From Thermoanaerobaculia bacterium (GTDB taxonomy: Bacteria > Acidobacteriota > Thermoanaerobaculia > Gp7-AA8): DNA of 64,000 nucleotides. The notes beneath the pieces are model-generated. The model was not told the DNA's origin. It saw only the letters and a program-made list of their open reading frames with translations, and searched no databases. Positions 38,389 through 47,813 of the stretch are shown here, piece after piece. Each line of letters begins with the position of its first letter. The first letter of the stretch is position 1. A program made the position numbers and the translations under genes. The stretch is taken from NCBI GenBank assembly GCA_035629865.1, contig DASPHC010000055.1:134940-198939 (forward strand), given 5' to 3'.

Positions 38389-39843
38389 CTAAAAGATTTG
38401 CTTGCGGTCCGTCGACGAAGGGATGTTGAGCTCGTCGCGATACTTCGCCACGGTCCGGCGGGCGATATTGATTCCCTCGTCGTTCAGGATCTTCATGATC
38501 TTGGAGTCGCTGAGGGGCTTGCGCGGGTCCTCGTTCTCGATGTAGCTCTGGATCTTCTTCTTCACCGTCAGGGAGGAGATGTCTTCGCCGGTGTCGGAGT
38601 CGATGCCGGAGTGGAAGAAATACTTCATCAGGAAGAGGCCGCGCGGCGTGTGCATGTACTTGTTGGACACGACACGGGAGACGGTGGACTCGTGCATCTG
38701 GATGTCGTCGGCGACGTCGCGGAGCACGAGGGGACGCAGGAAGTCGATGCCGCGCTCGAGGAACTCGCGCTGGTGCTTGACGATGGACTCGGCCACTTTG
38801 TAGATCGTGCGCTGGCGCTGGTCGAGGCTCTTGATGAGCCACACCGCGGAGCGGATCTTGTCTTTGATGTAGTTGACCGTCTCGCCGTCCTGCTTGGAGT
38901 CCATGGAGTTGAGCATCGAGCGGTAGCCGCTGTTGATGCGCAGCTTGGGCATGCCGTCCTCGTTGAGGACGATTACGTACTCGTCGCCGACCTTGTGCAC
39001 GTAGACATCGGGCTCGACGTAGATCGCTCGCTCATTGGAGTATTTCCTCCCAGGCTTGGGATCGAGGTGCTTGATGATCTCGACCATGCCCTCGAGCGTC
39101 TTCATGTCGATGCCGAGGGACTTGGCCAGCGGAACGAACTTTCGCTGCATGAACTCGTCCCAGTGGTCGCGGATGATCACCTCGACCAGAGGGGCGTCGA
39201 CTTCGAGGAACCGCATCTGCAGCAGCAGGCACTCCCGGAGATCGCGGGCCCCGACGCCGATCGGGTCGAGCGACTGCACGGCCTTGATCGCGGTCTCCAC
39301 TTCCTCGGCGCCGTAGCCGCCCGAGGCCACGATCTCCTCCTCGTTGGCCCGCAGATACCCGTCCTCGTCGATGTTGCCGATGATGAACTGGGCGATCTCC
39401 TTGGTCCGCGGTGAAGCATCGGACATGGAGAGCTGCCAGGTGAGGTGGTCGGAGAGGTTCGGCGGGCGGGTGAGCGTGTTCTCGATGGGGAACTCTTCGT
39501 GCTCCTCCCCCATCCCGCGCGGGTTGTAGCCGTACTCGATGTAGTCCTGGAAGTAGGCGTCGTAGTCGATCTCTTCGAACGAGTCCTTTTCTTTTTCCTG
39601 GGTCTCGACCTTCGGAGCCTCGGCCGCTGCTTCGTTCTCGCTCTTGGTTTCCTCAGCCTGCGTTTCTTCGGCTTTGACTTCTTCGGCGGTCTCGTCGAGA
39701 AGCGGGTTCTCGAGCAGTTCCTGGTTCAGGACTTCCTGAAGCTCGAGCTTCGAGAGCTGCAGCAGCTTGATCGCCTGCTGCAGCGACGGCGTCATGATCA
39801 GCTTCTGGCTGAGTTTGAGATGAAGCTTCTGTTCAAGTGCCAT
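38389..39843 (-). CDS. rpoN: RNA polymerase sigma-54 factor
   Basis: N-terminal LQLSQKL, RpoN box ARRTVAKYRE and HTH region. Confidence 0.95.
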   Translation of the reverse strand: MALEQKLHLKLSQKLIMTPSLQQAIKLLQLSKLELQEVLNQELLENPLLDETAEEVKAEETQAEETKSENEAAAEAPKVETQEKEKDSFEEIDYDAYFQDYIEYGYNPRGMGEEHEEFPIENTLTRPPNLSDHLTWQLSMSDASPRTKEIAQFIIGNIDEDGYLRANEEEIVASGGYGAEEVETAIKAVQSLDPIGVGARDLRECLLLQMRFLEVDAPLVEVIIRDHWDEFMQRKFVPLAKSLGIDMKTLEGMVEIIKHLDPKPGRKYSNERAIYVEPDVYVHKVGDEYVIVLNEDGMPKLRINSGYRSMLNSMDSKQDGETVNYIKDKIRSAVWLIKSLDQRQRTIYKVAESIVKHQREFLERGIDFLRPLVLRDVADDIQMHESTVSRVVSNKYMHTPRGLFLMKYFFHSGIDSDTGEDISSLTVKKKIQSYIENEDPRKPLSDSKIMKILNDEGINIARRTVAKYRDELNIPSSTDRKQIF

Positions 39844-39870
39844 GGATGCGACTGCAGGTACCTTCCTCGG

Positions 39871-40623
39871 TCAGTTTAGATTGAATGTCTCGCCCAGGTA
39901 AATTCGCCGGACCTCAGCGTCGGCCGATAGGCTCTCGGGCTCTCCCTGCCGGAAGATCTCACCTTCTTTGATGATGTAGGCCCGATCGGTGATCTTCAAT
40001 GTTTCCCGTACGTTGTGGTCCGTAATGAGGATCCCGATCCCCCGGACCCGCAGTTGCGAAACGATGCGTTGTATTTCGAAGACTGCGATTGGATCGATTC
40101 CTGCAAACGGTTCGTCTAGCAAGATGAATGCCGGGTTGATCGCCAGACTTCTCGCGATCTCCACCCTCCGTCTTTCCCCACCCGACAACGCATACGCCCT
40201 GCTCCGCGCGATGTGTGTGATCCCGAACTCTTCCAGCAACGCGCGCGTGCGCCGTTCGCGCTCGGCCCGCGGCAGACGCATGGTCTCGAAGACCGATAAA
40301 AGGTTCTCTTCCACGGTGAGTTTCCGGAACACCGACGCTTCCTGCGGGAGATAACTGATGCCCCGCTGCGCGCGCAGGTACATCGGCAGCTCGGTGATGT
40401 CGTCGTCGCCCAGAGCCACCGTTCCGCCGTCCGGCTTCACCAGCCCGACGATCATGTAGAACGTGGTCGTCTTCCCCGCGCCATTCGGCCCGAGCAACCC
40501 CACGATCTCCCCCTGCCGGATCTCCACGGAAACATCCCGTACCACCCTTCGCCCCTTGTAAACCTTCACCAGATGGGTCGCGGTGAGATGCAGCGGCTCC
40601 TGTTTGGCAACGCCATCAGCCAT
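39871..40623 (-). CDS. lptB: LPS export ABC transporter ATP-binding protein
   Basis: Walker [10 protein letters not shown], signature [13 protein letters not shown], synteny with rpoN. Confidence 0.9.
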   Translation of the reverse strand: MADGVAKQEPLHLTATHLVKVYKGRRVVRDVSVEIRQGEIVGLLGPNGAGKTTTFYMIVGLVKPDGGTVALGDDDITELPMYLRAQRGISYLPQEASVFRKLTVEENLLSVFETMRLPRAERERRTRALLEEFGITHIARSRAYALSGGERRRVEIARSLAINPAFILLDEPFAGIDPIAVFEIQRIVSQLRVRGIGILITDHNVRETLKITDRAYIIKEGEIFRQGEPESLSADAEVRRIYLGETFNLN

Positions 40624-40695
40624 GCGCGGCGGAGAGTATCAGGTGAGGGCAGAAGGACGAAGGCAGAAGGCAGAAGTGGGAAAAGAGTTACAGCG

Positions 40696-40917
40696 TCACG
40701 CTCCCACGACGACGTATTCGGCGAACGCGCTCGACTGCGGAATCGGCAGACCATCTTCGCGCAGCCCTTCGACGTGCAATTGAATCGCTTCGTACATGTT
40801 GCGTTCCGTCTCTTCGCGCGTCGCGCCGGTGGCGACACAGCCCGGCAAATCGGGCGAGTACGCCGAGAAGTTCTGGCCTGCGTCTTCGATCACGATCAGA
40901 AACCGATGCACGTTCAT
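40696..40917 (-). CDS. hicB: HicB-family antitoxin (UPF0150)
   Basis: FSAYSPDLPGCVATGATREE is a HicB N-terminal-domain motif. 4-nt overlap with hicA. Confidence 0.75.
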   Translation of the reverse strand: MNVHRFLIVIEDAGQNFSAYSPDLPGCVATGATREETERNMYEAIQLHVEGLREDGLPIPQSSAFAEYVVVGA

Positions 40918-41108
40918 TTCAAGCCTGCCTGTTTGAGGATGCTGTTGAATGTTCCGGGCGCGAGATCATCGCTCAGTTTACCGGCGATCGTCACACGGCC
41001 TGGCTTCGACGGATGCCGGAACTGACGGTGACTGCTGCCGCCCGAAGGCACTTGGTACCAGCCGTCATCCTCAACGATCCCAATGGCATCGCGGACCTTC
41101 GTCGGCAC
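40914..41108 (-). CDS. hicA: HicA-family toxin (mRNA interferase)
   Basis: GSHRQFRHPSKPGRVTIAGK...LAPGTFNSILKQAGL is the HicA/YcfA signature. Confidence 0.75.
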   Translation of the reverse strand: MPTKVRDAIGIVEDDGWYQVPSGGSSHRQFRHPSKPGRVTIAGKLSDDLAPGTFNSILKQAGLK

Positions 41109-41131
41109 GCGGTCATTCTAAACCGCGATTC

Positions 41132-43102
41132 CTACGGCCCCTCGTGTTTGTACGTCCCCTTGGTCTTGCCGTCCGGGCTGAGCACCTGTACGCGGTCTCG
41201 GGCGACGTCGAAGACGATCTGCTGGCCGGAGACGTCGCCGTTCGGGTCGCTGATTTTGGCCGGAGTGCCGAAGACGTAGATCATTTTTTTGTCGACGTGG
41301 TAGATGGCTTTGTCGCCGGCGCCTTTGCGGCCGGTGGAGGACTCGCTCATCGCCACCGCGGTCTCCGCTTCCATGCGCTGCACTTTGCGGTTCTCGTCGA
41401 GGAAGAGCGTCGCTTTCTCCGACTTGAGGTTGCGGGTCTCGTCGACGATGTTGACCTTGCCGAGGAACTCCACGCGGCGCTCGCCGCGGCGGGCGATGAG
41501 CTGGTCGCTCGTGGTCTGCATCGGGGCCTTGCGCGCCTCGGCGCCGCTGGTGTTGTAGAGCAGCGTGCGGACGTTGCCGCGGGCGGTGATGGAGTCGCCG
41601 TTCCCCTGCACCTGCATCTCGTGGGCGAGGATGGTGTTGCTGTCCTGCCACGCTTTCACGTTGCCGGTGAAGACGGCGATCTTCTGCTGCTGGCGCATGA
41701 TCAATTCGTCGGCGTTGACGAAGACCGGCTTGGCTGATGGGAAGAGGTTCGTGGCATCGGCGGTCGGTCCGCCTCCCTTTCCCTTCCCGACGAGCTGCGC
41801 GATCACCGAACCGCTGGCGCGGGCCACCTGTGCCCGCGGCGAAAACTCGATCTGTTTCGCCTTCAGGATCTGGCCGTCGGCAACGACCGTCGCCTGCCAG
41901 CCCGGATCGGTGGTCAGGATGATCTTGTCGCCGGCGATGTCGTAATTCGCGCGGAACGCCGAGGCGGTGTTCTTCGGGTCGGCGTAGCGAAAGGCGCCTT
42001 CGAGATGCGCCGAGCGCGCGCGGCGCGTGGTCTGGTCGTAGTAGACGGTCACGTGCTCGGCGTTGATCTGCCGCGTCTCCGGTCCCATTTCCTTCATCAC
42101 CACCTGCCAGTCGGCCTTGATCTCCTGGATCAGCCGGTTGGCGATGGCCACGCGGAAGTTGCGCGCGGTGATCTCGCGGCGCGGCGGTCCGTCGAGCACC
42201 GCCCTGGCGATGTTCTCCGCGGAGATGGCGTTGAAGGCGTTGATCTGGCCGTCGGGACCGAGCTCGGTGTTGAAGGAGTCGGAGGTGATGGTCTTGCGGC
42301 CGCCGAGGTCCTCGCCGGGAAGCTGGTTCGCCCCGACGACGATCACGCAGTTGCGCTGCCCTTCCATCCCGATGAGCTGGCGGCGGTCCTGGGTGAAGCG
42401 GCCGGTCATGAAGTCGGCGCGGAGGCTGTCGGCGCCGCGGTCCATCTGCACCTGGTCGCGGAACTCGACGATGTTCTCGCGGCGGCGAAAAATGCTCTCC
42501 ACTCCGCGGAGGGTCATCGGCACTTCGGCCGGCTGCGAGGGGACCATGGTGGCGTCGACCTGCTTGTGGAGGCGCAGGGTCTCTCCCTCGACGTCGAGGT
42601 CGAGCGCGCCGGCTTTGCCGTTCCAGCGGTCGACCTTGAACTCGACCGGGATGTCGTTGGTCAGCCGGGCGCCGTCGTAGCGGATCTCGGCGGTCTTGAT
42701 CTCGATGTTGTCGCTGGAGGTGACGCGCACGCCCCCCTTGGCCTCGGCTTCTTTGGTCTTGCTGTTGAACTGGGCTTCGGGGCAGGAGATGACGTACGTG
42801 AGGCCGTTGGCGCGGTAGAGGGTGAGGGTGACCCCTTCGAGCGTGGTCCAGCCCGACTGAAACGAGACGATCCGGGTGGCCACGATCTCCGAAACGACGC
42901 GTCCGCCGATCGTCTGCACGTCGCGAAAGGCCTTTCCTTCAACCAGCGGGGCATCCTGGGGACGCTGGGTGGAGGTGACGGCCTCGGCGGGCTTGCGCGC
43001 GCCCCGGCCGCGGGAGGCGGTCCAGTTGGCGATGATGACGCCGAGAAATGCGAGGAAGACGATCGGCAGCGCGATGCGGAGTGCCTTGACGGTGCGCTGC
43101 AT
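41132..43102 (-). CDS. LptC/LptA-like LPS transport protein (N-terminal membrane anchor plus several OstA-like beta-jellyroll domains)
   Basis: Transmembrane anchor ALRIALPIVFLAFLGVIIANW. Repeated OstA_N-like segments. Position immediately upstream of lptB. Confidence 0.65.
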   Translation of the reverse strand: MQRTVKALRIALPIVFLAFLGVIIANWTASRGRGARKPAEAVTSTQRPQDAPLVEGKAFRDVQTIGGRVVSEIVATRIVSFQSGWTTLEGVTLTLYRANGLTYVISCPEAQFNSKTKEAEAKGGVRVTSSDNIEIKTAEIRYDGARLTNDIPVEFKVDRWNGKAGALDLDVEGETLRLHKQVDATMVPSQPAEVPMTLRGVESIFRRRENIVEFRDQVQMDRGADSLRADFMTGRFTQDRRQLIGMEGQRNCVIVVGANQLPGEDLGGRKTITSDSFNTELGPDGQINAFNAISAENIARAVLDGPPRREITARNFRVAIANRLIQEIKADWQVVMKEMGPETRQINAEHVTVYYDQTTRRARSAHLEGAFRYADPKNTASAFRANYDIAGDKIILTTDPGWQATVVADGQILKAKQIEFSPRAQVARASGSVIAQLVGKGKGGGPTADATNLFPSAKPVFVNADELIMRQQQKIAVFTGNVKAWQDSNTILAHEMQVQGNGDSITARGNVRTLLYNTSGAEARKAPMQTTSDQLIARRGERRVEFLGKVNIVDETRNLKSEKATLFLDENRKVQRMEAETAVAMSESSTGRKGAGDKAIYHVDKKMIYVFGTPAKISDPNGDVSGQQIVFDVARDRVQVLSPDGKTKGTYKHEGP

Positions 43103-43161
43103 GTTGTTGCGACGTAACAGCTTCGCCTCGCATTTCGTTCCGCGGGCGGTACACTGGCGTC

Positions 43162-43581
43162 ATGCGGCTCGCCCTCTTCGCAGTTGCGCTCCTCCTTTTC
43201 GCCACCCCCGTCCTGCCGGATGATGAGAACAAGCACGTCAAGGAGCTGATGGCGGCCATCAAGGGGAAAGAGAACCGCCCCGCCGGCGAGGTCTTCAAGA
43301 ACGTCCAGATGATGAAGGACGTCCCCGCTGGCCGCTTCCTCAAGATCATGGACACCGGCTTCAACAAGGCCCTCGGCACCACCTGCGATCACTGCCACGC
43401 CGAGGACCGCTGGGAAGCCGACGAAAAGCGCCCCAAACGCGCCGCACGGGAGATGATGGTCCTGGTCAACCAGATCAACGACAGCCTCCAGAAGCTCCAG
43501 GACATCGACACCTCGGATGCGACGGTGAACTGCACCACGTGCCACCGGGGGTATGTGAAACCGGCCACGCAGATGCGGTAG
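43162..43581 (+). CDS. c-type cytochrome with two CXXCH motifs
   Basis: Signal peptide plus the haem-binding motifs CDHCH and CTTCH. Confidence 0.65.
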   Translation: MRLALFAVALLLFATPVLPDDENKHVKELMAAIKGKENRPAGEVFKNVQMMKDVPAGRFLKIMDTGFNKALGTTCDHCHAEDRWEADEKRPKRAAREMMVLVNQINDSLQKLQDIDTSDATVNCTTCHRGYVKPATQMR

Positions 43582-43596
43582 GTGGGTGGGGTGAAC

Positions 43597-43622
43597 CCAT
43601 AGGTCCTATTCGGTCCTATCAG
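43597..43622. repeat. Partial copy of the ATAGGAC/GTCCTAT repeat
   Basis: cataggtcctattcggtcctatc between the cytochrome and recJ stops. Confidence 0.55.
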
Positions 43623-45286
43623 CCCGGCGCCACATCCACCACATTCAACCTGGCGCCGCACCACTTGTCCGGCTCTACGTGCACCAGCAGATCCACGGTG
43701 CCCACGAGCAACACCCCCAACTGCTTCACGCTCGGCCAGAGCACGCCGGTAGCGTTGCCGGTTGCATCCTGCAACGACAGCTCGCAGCAATCCTCGGCGA
43801 AATTGCGGGTTCCGGTGACGGTCACCCCACGAATCACAAAAAGCGGCTGGGCGTTCCCGGCCCCGAAGGGCTGCAGCATTTCGTGGACGGCGAGGAACTC
43901 CGCGTCCACATCCGCGAACGTCAGCGTGGCATCGACGTGCGCTTCGCGGCGGTAGAGCGTCTCGTCGAGGCGCGCGAAACTCTCGAGCAGGCGGCGGCGG
44001 AGCTCCGGGAGGTTGCGCGTTTCGAGGGAAAAGCCGCAGGCGAATTCGTGGCCGCCGAAGTGGGTGAAGAGGTCCGCCACCTCTTCGAGCCGGCCGTGCA
44101 GGTCGATGGTCGGGATGCTGCGGGCGGAGCCGACGCAGAGGTCGCCCTCGATGGTCATCACCAGCGCCGGCCGGTAATAACGCTGGGCGATGCGGCCGGC
44201 GGTCAGGCCGAGAACCCCGCGATGCCATCCCTCCCCTGCCAGGATCAGCACCGGCTCGTCACCTTTTACCTGCTCCTCCGCCGACGCGCGGACCTCTTTC
44301 TCGATCTGCTGCCGCTCGGCGTTCATCCGGTCGAGCTCCGCGCAGATCTCCCACGCCGCCTCTTCGGTCGCCGCGCCGAACAGGTCGATGGCCGTATTCG
44401 CCGACGCCAGCCGTCCCGCGGCATTGATGCGCGGGCCGATCTTGAAGCCGACATCTACAGCTCGTAGAGGACGCCCTGCGAGGCCGAGCCGCTTCAAAAG
44501 CGCCCGCAGGCCGGGATTCTTCACGTCCGCGAGACCGGCTAACCCGAGGGAGGTGATGGTCCGGTTCTCGCCGATCAGCGGAGCGACGTCGGCCACGGTC
44601 CCGATCGCGGCGATCTTCAGAAGCGAGGCGATCGAAATCTTCCCGGCGCTCTCTGAGGGACGCCTGCGGATCAACTCGCAACAGAGCTTGAACGCGACTC
44701 CAACCCCCGCCAGCTCCTTGAACGGATACTCACACCCCGGCTGCTTCGGGTTCAGCACCGCCGCGGCCTCGGGGAGATGTCCGGGCGGCAGGTGATGGTC
44801 GGTGATGATGACGTCGATCCCCCGCTCGATGGCCCGGCGCACCGGCTCGACGCTGGTGATGCCGCAGTCGACGGTGATGACCAATTTCACATTGCGCTCG
44901 GCCAGCACCCGGTCGAGCACCTCCATCTTCAGCCCGTAGCCGTCGACCAGCCGGTGCGGCACGACAAACCCCGCATCCGCGCCGAGGGAGCGCAGGACTG
45001 ACTGCAGGAGAACGATCGACGTGACGCCGTCGACGTCGTAATCACCGTAGATGACGATCGCCTCCCCATCGCGCACGGCCCGCGCGATCCGCTCGCAGGC
45101 GTGATCCATCCCATGAATGCCCGAAGGATCGTGCAGGTCGCCGATGGCGGGAGCGACGAACCGCCGGAACGACTCCTCATCCGATACGCCGCGCCGGATC
45201 AAAAGTGAGCGCAGCGTCGCGTTCGCAACCGGGATGCGGGGATTGTCGGGAGGAGACTCGGAAAGGGTCCAGAAGTCGTGGATCAC
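43619..45286 (-). CDS. recJ: Single-stranded-DNA-specific exonuclease RecJ
   Basis: DHH motifs IYGDYDVDGVTS, ITVDCG and ITDHH, plus DHHA1 domain. Confidence 0.9.
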   Translation of the reverse strand: MIHDFWTLSESPPDNPRIPVANATLRSLLIRRGVSDEESFRRFVAPAIGDLHDPSGIHGMDHACERIARAVRDGEAIVIYGDYDVDGVTSIVLLQSVLRSLGADAGFVVPHRLVDGYGLKMEVLDRVLAERNVKLVITVDCGITSVEPVRRAIERGIDVIITDHHLPPGHLPEAAAVLNPKQPGCEYPFKELAGVGVAFKLCCELIRRRPSESAGKISIASLLKIAAIGTVADVAPLIGENRTITSLGLAGLADVKNPGLRALLKRLGLAGRPLRAVDVGFKIGPRINAAGRLASANTAIDLFGAATEEAAWEICAELDRMNAERQQIEKEVRASAEEQVKGDEPVLILAGEGWHRGVLGLTAGRIAQRYYRPALVMTIEGDLCVGSARSIPTIDLHGRLEEVADLFTHFGGHEFACGFSLETRNLPELRRRLLESFARLDETLYRREAHVDATLTFADVDAEFLAVHEMLQPFGAGNAQPLFVIRGVTVTGTRNFAEDCCELSLQDATGNATGVLWPSVKQLGVLLVGTVDLLVHVEPDKWCGARLNVVDVAPG

Positions 45287-45309
45287 GTGAGGACTACGTT
45301 AACGCACGT

Positions 45310-46260
45310 TCACTTCTCGAACACGCCCATCTTCCGAAACTTCTTGTACCGCTCGTCCAGGAGCGCCGGCACTTTCAGCTTTTGCAGCTCGCGGATGATA
45401 CGTTCGAGCACCGGGCCGATCAGCTCGGCGGCGGCGGCGGGGTCGGCGTGGGCTCCGCCGACCGGTTCGGGGATGATCTCGTCGATGATGTTGAGCTTTT
45501 TGAGATCCTGGGCGGTGATCTTCATCGCCGCGGCTGCGTCGGGAGCGGCCGAGGAGTTTTTCCAGAGGATGGCGGCGCAGCCTTCGGGGGAAATGACCGA
45601 GTAGACGGCATGCTCGAGCATCAGCACGCGGTCGCCGACGCCGAGGGCCAGGGCGCCGCCGCTGCCACCTTCGCCGATGACGGTGATGATAATCGGAACG
45701 GTGAGCGCGGCCATCTCGCGGAGGTTCACCGCGATCGCTTCCGCCTGCCCACGCTCCTCGGCGCCGACGCCGGGATAGGCGCCCTGGGTGTCGATGAACG
45801 AGAGGACCGGCAGGTGGAACTTCTCGGCGAGCTTCATCACCCGCAGCGCCTTCCGGAACCCTTCCGGACGCGGCTGGCCGAAGTTGCGGAGGACCTTTTC
45901 CTTGGTGTTCCGCCCTTTCTGGTGGCCGACCACACAGCACGGGATGCCGCGGAAGCGGCCGAACCCGGACACGACGGCCGGATCGTCGCCGAACTTGCGG
46001 TCGCCGGCGATCTCCTGCCACTCCTCGATCATCATGCTGATGAAATCGAGCGTGTAGGGGCGCTGGGGATGGCGGGCGACCAGCGTCTTCTGCCAGGGGG
46101 TGAGGTTCGAATAGATTTCGTTCGAGACTTTGGTAAGCTTCTGGCGGAGCTCGGCGATCTCGGTTTCCGTAGCTGTTCCCGCTTCGGCCGCGGTGAGCTC
46201 TTCGATTCGACGCCGGATCCGCAGGATTGGCTCTTCGAATTGCGTCGGGTCTGCGCTCAT
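45310..46260 (-). CDS. accA: Acetyl-CoA carboxylase carboxyltransferase alpha subunit
   Basis: TFIDTQGAYPG and GEGGSGGALA motifs. Confidence 0.95.
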   Translation of the reverse strand: MSADPTQFEEPILRIRRRIEELTAAEAGTATETEIAELRQKLTKVSNEIYSNLTPWQKTLVARHPQRPYTLDFISMMIEEWQEIAGDRKFGDDPAVVSGFGRFRGIPCCVVGHQKGRNTKEKVLRNFGQPRPEGFRKALRVMKLAEKFHLPVLSFIDTQGAYPGVGAEERGQAEAIAVNLREMAALTVPIIITVIGEGGSGGALALGVGDRVLMLEHAVYSVISPEGCAAILWKNSSAAPDAAAAMKITAQDLKKLNIIDEIIPEPVGGAHADPAAAAELIGPVLERIIRELQKLKVPALLDERYKKFRKMGVFEK

Positions 46261-46289
46261 GTGGGCGTGACCCTAACAAAGAAAGCGAC

Positions 46290-46877
46290 ATGCTGGCAAC
46301 TGAAGAACATCCATCCTCGGCCGACGAGCCCCAGTCGAGACCCGACTCGCGCCCGAGCCTGCTCGAAACGCACGCGCACAACGAGCGCATGCGCCATATC
46401 CCATCCACCGCCTCGATCGTCCAGAAACTGGACGCCGACCTGCGCCGCAGGATCGAGCGGCTCTGGCTCCCCTACAACGACCTCCCGGCCAGCGATCCGC
46501 GCCATCCGGCGATGGAAGTGGAGTTTCGCGCACTCTGCCGCTCGCTCGACCGAATCGGCGACTGCGCCCGCAACCATCACCACCACCGTGGCCACAACCA
46601 CCCGCCGAACGACCTCGGCCACCGGCTCACCTGGACGCTCAACCAGACCATCGCCGCCCTGAACGCCGCCGAGGCGGAGACATTCGGCAGGCGCTTTCCC
46701 TTCCAGACCTTCGAACGCTCCAACGCCGAGCCGCTCTGGGCCGCGGTCCTCGCGTCGATCCAGCACGTGCAGAAGCTGCAGGAGCTGGTTCGCGAGATCG
46801 AGCCGGAGATCGACGAGCGGATGTACGAAGGGCTGGTGGTGTTGCAGGAACCGTTAAGGCGAGAGCCGATGGCCTGA
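46290..46877 (+). CDS. Hypothetical protein with a His-rich patch
   Basis: ORF with acceptable codon bias, divergent from accA. No family recognised. The gene call itself is uncertain. Confidence 0.35.
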   Translation: MLATEEHPSSADEPQSRPDSRPSLLETHAHNERMRHIPSTASIVQKLDADLRRRIERLWLPYNDLPASDPRHPAMEVEFRALCRSLDRIGDCARNHHHHRGHNHPPNDLGHRLTWTLNQTIAALNAAEAETFGRRFPFQTFERSNAEPLWAAVLASIQHVQKLQELVREIEPEIDERMYEGLVVLQEPLRREPMA

Positions 46878-46904
46878 AGGTCCGCTGGTCTACGGATAGC
46901 CGGT

Positions 46905-46965
46905 TTTCGCCGGAGCGCCGGTTTTCAAAACCGGCCGGTCCGCCGACCTCGGGTCGGCGGGCTCT
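46905..46965. terminator. Two adjacent perfect hairpins between convergent genes (putative bidirectional terminator)
   Basis: CCGGTTTTcAAAACCGG and CCGCCGACCtcgGGTCGGCGG. A related repeat family is at 52880..53140. Confidence 0.55.
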
Positions 46966-47032
46966 TGCGCTGCGTGAACGCGGGCCGGTCGGAGACCGGC
47001 GCTCCATTACGAAGACCGGCGCTCCAACTCGC

Positions 47033-47728
47033 TTACTGGATCGCGGTCACCGGGTGCAGTTCCCAGCCGTTGGTCGTCTTCAGGTTCGCGCCGCCGTAGC
47101 ACGTCGTCGTTCCGCTGTTTCCGCCCGGATGCTGGGTATCCCAGAACGGTCCGCCCGTGACGGTGACGGCGATCGGGACCGGGAGACAGGTGTACGTGCT
47201 CCGCGGCAGCTGCAGAGGGTTTCCAACGAGTTGCAGAAATGCGTTGCGCACGGCCGTGAACGGCGCATTGCCCGGCCCCGGCAGTCCCGACACTTCCACG
47301 TTGATGAGGTTCGTCACACCCGCCATGAAGACAGGCGTGTCGCCGAGGATGACGTGGAAGTCGTTGTCGTTGGGGAGGTTGTAGGCGTACATGTAGGCGC
47401 CGAAGGATGCGCGGTTGTTTTCCACCCCGGTTCGCGGCGCCACGTTGTTCAGGCCAGGCGGAATCGGCAGCGTGGTGACGGCGGTGATGGAGGTGTACGA
47501 GACCGGGACCGCCGTCGTCACCATCGTGGTTTTGGCGCTGGCTCGCACCTTCCCGTCGAACACCAGGTTCGGCAGGTTGTCGACGATCAGCACCATCTGG
47601 CCCGCAACCGCCTCTTCCCCCTCCTCCCGCAACTCGACCTGGGGAAGGGGCTGGACGGTCCTGCACGCGGAGAAGAAGAACGTGACCACCAGGGCCGGGA
47701 TCAACAAAAATTGTTTGAGCTTCATCAA
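47033..47728 (-). CDS. Hypothetical lipoprotein
   Basis: Signal peptide plus lipobox VVTFFFSAC. Thr/Val-rich middle region. Confidence 0.55.
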   Translation of the reverse strand: MMKLKQFLLIPALVVTFFFSACRTVQPLPQVELREEGEEAVAGQMVLIVDNLPNLVFDGKVRASAKTTMVTTAVPVSYTSITAVTTLPIPPGLNNVAPRTGVENNRASFGAYMYAYNLPNDNDFHVILGDTPVFMAGVTNLINVEVSGLPGPGNAPFTAVRNAFLQLVGNPLQLPRSTYTCLPVPIAVTVTGGPFWDTQHPGGNSGTTTCYGGANLKTTNGWELHPVTAIQ

Positions 47729-47813
47729 AGCCTCCGGAGAGGAGGGTCACGGCGATGGAAGATCCCTACCCAGGAGCCGGCGCAGCCGACCGAGCGCCGA
47801 CTCTATAGGACTG

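Noticed and set aside
37801-39414. 537-aa plus-strand ORF antisense to hpf and rpoN
   Set aside because: It is antisense to unmistakable rpoN. Its composition is consistent with a GC shadow.
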